The notes under the pieces were generated by a model. It was not told the DNA's origin, ran no database searches, and saw nothing but the letters and a program-made list of their open reading frames with translations. The translations under genes were made by a program, and so were the position numbers. A stretch of 63,539 nucleotides of DNA, filler included. It is 6 parts of 6 records of this genome, joined end to end, with 100 filler letters (N's around TTAATTAATTAA, not from the genome) between each part and the next. Parts side by side here need not be neighbours in the genome. Positions count along the whole stretch, not along the records: positions 54,310 to 60,239 come from SRR20825010_3161; positions 60,340 to 63,539 come from SRR20825010_3201; 4 more parts are not named here. One strand, written 5' to 3'. Shown piece by piece: positions 59,193 through 63,539 of this stretch. The first letter of the stretch is position 1; the number at the start of each line of letters is the position of its first letter.

Positions 59193-59552
59193 CTAGTCCT
59201 GCAGCGACGCGATATAGGCGATGATGGCATCGACCTGTTCGGGCGTCGCGATGAACTCCGGCATGTCCGGATGGCCCGAATAGATCCGCCCGTCGGAGAA
59301 CGCCTCCTCGAGCGCATCCATCGGGAAGCTGTCGGACAGTTTGCGGAACGGCGGCGCCGCCTCGTGCGGGCTGGCGTCGGCTTCGCCGACCGCATGGCAT
59401 TTGCCGCAATTGATCTCGACCAGTTCCCGGCCTGCCTTCAGCTCGTCGCCGGACTGTGCCCTTGCAGGGTTCGCCCCCGGCATGAGGCACAGAGCCGAAG
59501 TCGCCAGCGCCGCAGCAACCACCAGCCTGCCCACCTTGTGCACCCGCGTCAT
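59193..59552 (-). CDS. Small monoheme cytochrome c
   Basis: Signal peptide, CGKCH heme motif, APPF, HPDMP axial Met. Confidence 0.9.
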   Translation of the reverse strand: MTRVHKVGRLVVAAALATSALCLMPGANPARAQSGDELKAGRELVEINCGKCHAVGEADASPHEAAPPFRKLSDSFPMDALEEAFSDGRIYSGHPDMPEFIATPEQVDAIIAYIASLQD

Positions 59553-60238
59553 GCTGCCTCCACCTTCTTCCGGCGCGCCAGATGCGCCACGACATTCTCG
59601 ATCATCCGCATGCCGGCATCCTGGCCCAGCGTCATGATCGATTCGGGATGAAACTGCACCGCCGCGATCGGCAGGCTTTCATGTTCGAACGCCATGATCA
59701 CCCCGTCATCGGTCTCCGCAGTAACACGTAATTCCTTTGGCAATGTGGCGTAGTCGGTAAAAATCGAGTGATAGCGCCCGACCGTCACTTCCTTCGCCAG
59801 CCCCGAAAAAATTATCCCGTTCGAGGATACCCGGATTCGCGACGGCTTGCCATGGACCGGCACCGCCAGTTCCCGCAGGTTGCCGCCGAAGCTTTCGGCC
59901 AGCGCCTGCAGGCCGAGACAGACACCGAAGACGGGAAGATCGCGCGCCCGGATCTGCTTGATGGTGGCGGCACAATCGAAGTCCTTCGGGCTTCCCGGTC
60001 CCGGCGACAGCACAACCAGGTCGGGCGACACCCGGTCGAACACCTCGTCGGCCACCGGCGAGCGCACCGTGGTCACCTTGGCCCCGGTCTGGCGGAAGTA
60101 GTTTGCCAGGGTGTGAACGAAGGAATCCTCGTGGTCGACCAGCAGGATCGAGGTGCCCTCGCCCACCTTCGCGGTCTCGCGGGCTCCGGAGCCGGCATTG
60201 CCGAGCTTCGCATCGCGGATCGCCGACAGCATCGCCGA
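59549..60238 (-). CDS. trpE: Fused anthranilate synthase TrpE(G), C-terminal glutamine amidotransferase part (contig end)
   Basis: [10 protein letters not shown] linker in frame with [33 protein letters not shown]. Confidence 0.9.
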   Translation of the reverse strand, partial: SAMLSAIRDAKLGNAGSGARETAKVGEGTSILLVDHEDSFVHTLANYFRQTGAKVTTVRSPVADEVFDRVSPDLVVLSPGPGSPKDFDCAATIKQIRARDLPVFGVCLGLQALAESFGGNLRELAVPVHGKPSRIRVSSNGIIFSGLAKEVTVGRYHSIFTDYATLPKELRVTAETDDGVIMAFEHESLPIAAVQFHPESIMTLGQDAGMRMIENVVAHLARRKKVEAA

Positions 60239-60239
60239 C

Positions 60240-60339
60240 NNNNNNNNNNNNNNNNNNNNNNNNNNNNNNNNNNNNNNNNNNNNTTAATTAATTAANNNNN
60301 NNNNNNNNNNNNNNNNNNNNNNNNNNNNNNNNNNNNNNN
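60240..60339. other. Artificial contig spacer
   Basis: N-run with TTAATTAATTAA. Confidence 0.98.
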
Positions 60340-60341
60340 TG

Positions 60342-60707
60342 ACGCCGAGAGAAAATGGCCTGCTCATTCATGCGGGGCAGGTGGCGCCGGAAGCGCCGGT
60401 CGAAAGGTATCGGCAGGCTGTGGAGCTTGCGGCTGGAAATGCGCTGACGGCGGCAGAAACCCAACTGCTCGACGGGGAACAGATAATCTCGGTTCTAAGC
60501 CTGGCGGTTTATGTCAACGCCCCGGTGGGATATGCGCTTCACAGCAAGATCGCCGATTTTGCTTCCAGATACCTGGAAGAGCATACACATGATGGCGTCG
60601 CCAGTCGGGCCGCCGTCGGGGTGAGTTCCTTGCCGGAAGATGCCACCGTTGAAGTGTCTGTGATCGCAGCAGTAGGCCATGTCGTGCCTGAAGCGGTTTC
60701 TGAATGA
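60342..60707 (+). CDS. RidA/YjgF-like protein, 5'-truncated
   Basis: TPRENG.., HSKIADFAS, SRAAVGVSSLPEDATVEV. Confidence 0.8.
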   Translation, partial: TPRENGLLIHAGQVAPEAPVERYRQAVELAAGNALTAAETQLLDGEQIISVLSLAVYVNAPVGYALHSKIADFASRYLEEHTHDGVASRAAVGVSSLPEDATVEVSVIAAVGHVVPEAVSE

Positions 60708-60890
60708 GACCGGTGATCAGACTGCCGATTACGGTCTGGTCGGGAGTATTCCATGCCATCAGGCGCCGAACCGCCTATGCACGGCCGCGAAGGCCCTCGC
60801 GTGTCTGGCCTTTATCAATCAAAGACAGCAATTTGTAGCATTTCCTCTGCTCAGATGAGATTCTTCAAGCAAGCAATGAAGGAGGTTTCG

Positions 60891-61105
60891 ATGTCTGAAG
60901 ACGTTCTGGCCGTGCTTTCGATGATCCGAACCGTCGACGACATGACGAAGGCGTTCCCGGACGAAGCGCATTGTCGGCGTCTGGTGGAAGCGATGGTTTG
61001 GCCGAATGGCCGGATCTGCCCGGCATGTGGCTCATTGTGCAATCGGACAAAGGCATGTCCTCGGTTCGACTGGCTGAAGCCTTGGGTGTCAGCCAGCCGA
61101 CGGCC
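60891..61105 (+). mobile_element. IS1595-family transposase remnant (internally deleted, frameshifted, truncated)
   Basis: RBS GGAGG + ATG, then FPDEAHC..WPNGRICPACG (Zn-ribbon start). In another frame WLIVQSDKGMSSVRLAEALGVSQPTA (HTH). No DDE domain. Confidence 0.82.
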
Positions 61106-61220
61106 TCCGAGACATTGTCTAAAAACAAACGTGAGAATTTTACTTTGCGCGCGCGGAACATTAGTAATTGTGTATACACAACAAGGTCACAACTATCATG
61201 CTCTGCGGGCACCTTAGCCG

Positions 61221-62072
61221 ATGTTGAACGAAACAATCGATTTCGAGCGAATTTATGCGCTCTGGGACGAGTTGGCTGATTTTGAGGTATCTCGCATGCC
61301 AGCGGCGCGCATGCATCTGCTCTCGGCAGTCTGCAACATGATTGATGCGCGACAGGCCGACTGGATAGGCGCCGTGCGACTTGTCGACAACATGCATCGC
61401 GATCCGCTTTTCGGCTGGCGACCGCGCAGCCTGTCGGCGCTTTATCCAGACGACCAAACGGCGAGAACCATTCAGGAAGCATTCGCCCTGATGGAGCAGG
61501 GAACGCCCGATATCACCACAATTCGCAATGCCGAGCTTGCCGGAAAATTCCGGGTCTTCATGCTGCGTCAACTGGCTACGCCCGAATGGTTTGAAAGCTA
61601 TGCCTACAAAACCTTTTATCGCGGTATCGATCGGCTCGATTCGATCTGGGTTGGCATTCCCATCACTGCTGATGCCGAAATTCAGGTTGGCTTTCACCGC
61701 GCGCTTTCCCAATCGCCGTTTTCCGAGCGCGACCGACAGGTCGTCAGTCATGCATTGCGCGGTATACGTTGGTTTTATCGTTTGCAGATGCTGTCGGAGG
61801 GAATTGGGGTCGCGTCGGAGCCGCTGACCCCGATGGAAGGCAATGTGCTGCACGGTTTACTGCAAGGACTTTCTGAACGGAAAATAGCCGAAACGAACGG
61901 TCAAAGTCCGCATACTGTCCATGATCACGTCAAGCGGATTTATCGAAAATACGGTGTTTCCAGCCGTTCGGCACTGATGGCGTTGTGGCTGGGCGCCCCC
62001 CCTGAACAGGGGATTCCAAATTCGACGGAGCTGAACAATAAGCATTCACGGAACCGGATTTCACAAAGCTGA
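61221..62072 (+). CDS. LuxR/CsgD-type HTH regulator with GAF-like N-terminal region
   Basis: FSERDR linker, LTPME..LLQGLSERKIAE..SPHTVHDHVKRIYRKYGVSSRSAL. Confidence 0.88.
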   Translation: MLNETIDFERIYALWDELADFEVSRMPAARMHLLSAVCNMIDARQADWIGAVRLVDNMHRDPLFGWRPRSLSALYPDDQTARTIQEAFALMEQGTPDITTIRNAELAGKFRVFMLRQLATPEWFESYAYKTFYRGIDRLDSIWVGIPITADAEIQVGFHRALSQSPFSERDRQVVSHALRGIRWFYRLQMLSEGIGVASEPLTPMEGNVLHGLLQGLSERKIAETNGQSPHTVHDHVKRIYRKYGVSSRSALMALWLGAPPEQGIPNSTELNNKHSRNRISQS

Positions 62073-62142
62073 AGCAGCTTGCCGACAACGCAAGGTGCAC
62101 TCAAAGTGGGGTTCCTGAACGACTGATCGATCCGGGGGAACC

Positions 62143-63539
62143 ATGCGTCACGAGATTTTGCCTGAGCAATTCTGTTTCAGCAGGATATTTGCCCTGCCAA
62201 CGCCTGTCCTGGAGGCATCTGAGACGGTGGGGGTGAAACCTGCCGTGACTCCGCGCAAAAGCGGTCTTCCCGCTCGACCGGATACCTCCTGGCGGGGATT
62301 TCTCGCAAGCGGCATACTTGCCGTCGGAGCCCTCCTGGCAAGCGCAGTCAGTAATACCGCGTTGGCTCAAACTGTAGAGCGGATCGAGCAGACCGTTGCA
62401 GGTCAGACGACTATTCTCGAGCGGTTCACGCCGCCGCAACGTCAGGGCACGATCGATATTACTGTTCAGGATCAGCATCAGCGCACGCCCGATGACGAAG
62501 CCGCCAAAACGCGGTTCACCCTGAAATCATTGACGGTTGAGGGGGTGGTTACGCTTCGGGGCGCGACGCTTTCCGGCATCTGGCAGGGCAGGATCGGAGA
62601 AACCATCAGCCTTGCGGATCTCTATCGGTTTGCCGCAGAGATCGAGGCCGCCTATCTGAAAGCGGGCTATTTGGCGATAGCAATCGTGCCTGTGCAGGAT
62701 TTTTCATCCGGAAGGATCACGCTGCGCGTCTATGAAAGTTATGTCGAAACAGTAGAGATCACCAGCTCCATTCCAGGTATCCATGAGCGACTTTCCCCCT
62801 ACATCAACCGGATCGCCGCCATGCGACCGATCCGCATCAAGGACGCAGAGCGCATTCTTCTGCTGATGAGTGACCTGGGCGGCCTTGATGTCGAAGGGGT
62901 TCTCGTACGACCGGAAACACCGAAGGGCGGTGGGACTTTGCGGCTCAGTATCGGCTTCGACCGGTATTCTGCCGGAGCCGGTCTCGATAACCTCGGTACC
63001 GATGAGGTCGGGCCGCTGGAACTGTCCGGCAATGTGACCGCCAACGATATGCTTGGGCTGTTCGATACGGCCAGTCTGGTGGCCGTGACTGTTCCCAACG
63101 CGCCGCAGGAAATGATCTTCCTGCAGGCCTCTCAGGACATCCCGATCGGCTTTAACGGGCTTTCTGCCGGATACGACCTGTCATATGTGACCCAGAAACC
63201 GGGTGGAGATCTCAAAGACGACGATGTTCATGTCGAATCTGTGATCGGCACGGTACGGCTCGACTATCCCTTCATCCGAACGATCGATCAGAGCCTTTAT
63301 GGAAGGGTCGAGGTCAATCTGCGCAACGATCGCGTCGATGTCATGGGTGCGCGAGCCGTGCGCGAGCAAATACGCTGGGCGGCGATGTCACTGACCTACG
63401 ATCGTCAAAGCGGACCGACGGCGTTTTTGACCTCAGCGGAATTCGGACAGGGGCTGGGGCAGGAAACCGCGCTGCCGGACGTGCCGGAGGATTATCGGTT
63501 TGCGCGCTTGAATTTTGATATTTCCCATGATCTTGGCGC
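62143..63539 (+). CDS. ShlB/FhaC/HecB-family (TpsB, Omp85) transporter, 3'-truncated; absent from the ORF track
   Basis: My translation of frame +1: signal ending ALAQ, POTRA FTLKSLTVEG..YLKAGY..VPVQDFSSGRITLRVYE, ERILLLMSDLGG, LDNLGT. Start uncertain (ATG 62143 or GTG 62227-62245). Confidence 0.88.
   Translation, partial: MRHEILPEQFCFSRIFALPTPVLEASETVGVKPAVTPRKSGLPARPDTSWRGFLASGILAVGALLASAVSNTALAQTVERIEQTVAGQTTILERFTPPQRQGTIDITVQDQHQRTPDDEAAKTRFTLKSLTVEGVVTLRGATLSGIWQGRIGETISLADLYRFAAEIEAAYLKAGYLAIAIVPVQDFSSGRITLRVYESYVETVEITSSIPGIHERLSPYINRIAAMRPIRIKDAERILLLMSDLGGLDVEGVLVRPETPKGGGTLRLSIGFDRYSAGAGLDNLGTDEVGPLELSGNVTANDMLGLFDTASLVAVTVPNAPQEMIFLQASQDIPIGFNGLSAGYDLSYVTQKPGGDLKDDDVHVESVIGTVRLDYPFIRTIDQSLYGRVEVNLRNDRVDVMGARAVREQIRWAAMSLTYDRQSGPTAFLTSAEFGQGLGQETALPDVPEDYRFARLNFDISHDLG

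Noticed and set aside
58288-59595. 435-aa ORF suggesting an N-terminally extended CDF transporter
   Set aside because: The extension is an alternate frame over the cytochrome c gene. GTG 59187 gives a normal-length CDF protein.

Overview
This window is not one locus. It is six unrelated contigs joined by artificial 100-bp spacers (44 N + TTAATTAATTAA + 44 N) at 22669-22768, 32993-33092, 39142-39241, 54210-54309 and 60240-60339. Taxonomic calls are inferred from gene content and composition. Contig 1 (1-22668, Bacteroidota, Cytophagales-like) has three tandem TPR-sensor histidine kinases with one NarL/LuxR regulator, housekeeping and membrane genes, a 5'-damaged HU-HIG DNA-binding gene, a SusC/SusD + HExxH metallopeptidase + DUF4302 import locus, mnmD, DUF4249 and a TonB receptor end. 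Contig 2 (22769-32992, Planctomycetota, Rhodopirellula-like) has glgP, a ~1400-aa hypothetical protein, a Lys/Ala-rich histone-like protein, ettA and guaA. Contig 3 (33093-39141, Alphaproteobacteria) has a Liv-type ABC transporter with a LivM-LivG-LivF fusion and a divergent Nac/TcuR-like LysR. Contig 4 (39242-54209, Bacteroidota, Flavobacteriales-like) has T9SS cargo proteins, three tandem TRL-like lipoproteins, a polyprenyl synthase, rfbA, an MMPL exporter and pyrF. Contig 5 (54310-60239, Rhizobiales-like) has a DEAD-box helicase, a DMT transporter, a cobalamin riboswitch with a solitary CbiM-like gene, a Ser/Thr dehydratase, a CDF transporter, a cytochrome c and trpE(G). Contig 6 (60340-63539) has a RidA-like gene, an IS1595 remnant, a LuxR-type regulator and a TpsB/ShlB-type gene missing from the ORF track. 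The best candidate for something undescribed is an exactly 22-bp-periodic array of five near-palindromic RATASSTAWC cores (12613-12710) upstream of the HU-HIG gene, inside a ~780-bp cassette bounded by inverted copies of a REP-like hairpin. The next best are the three-kinase/one-regulator array and the TRL lipoprotein triplet.
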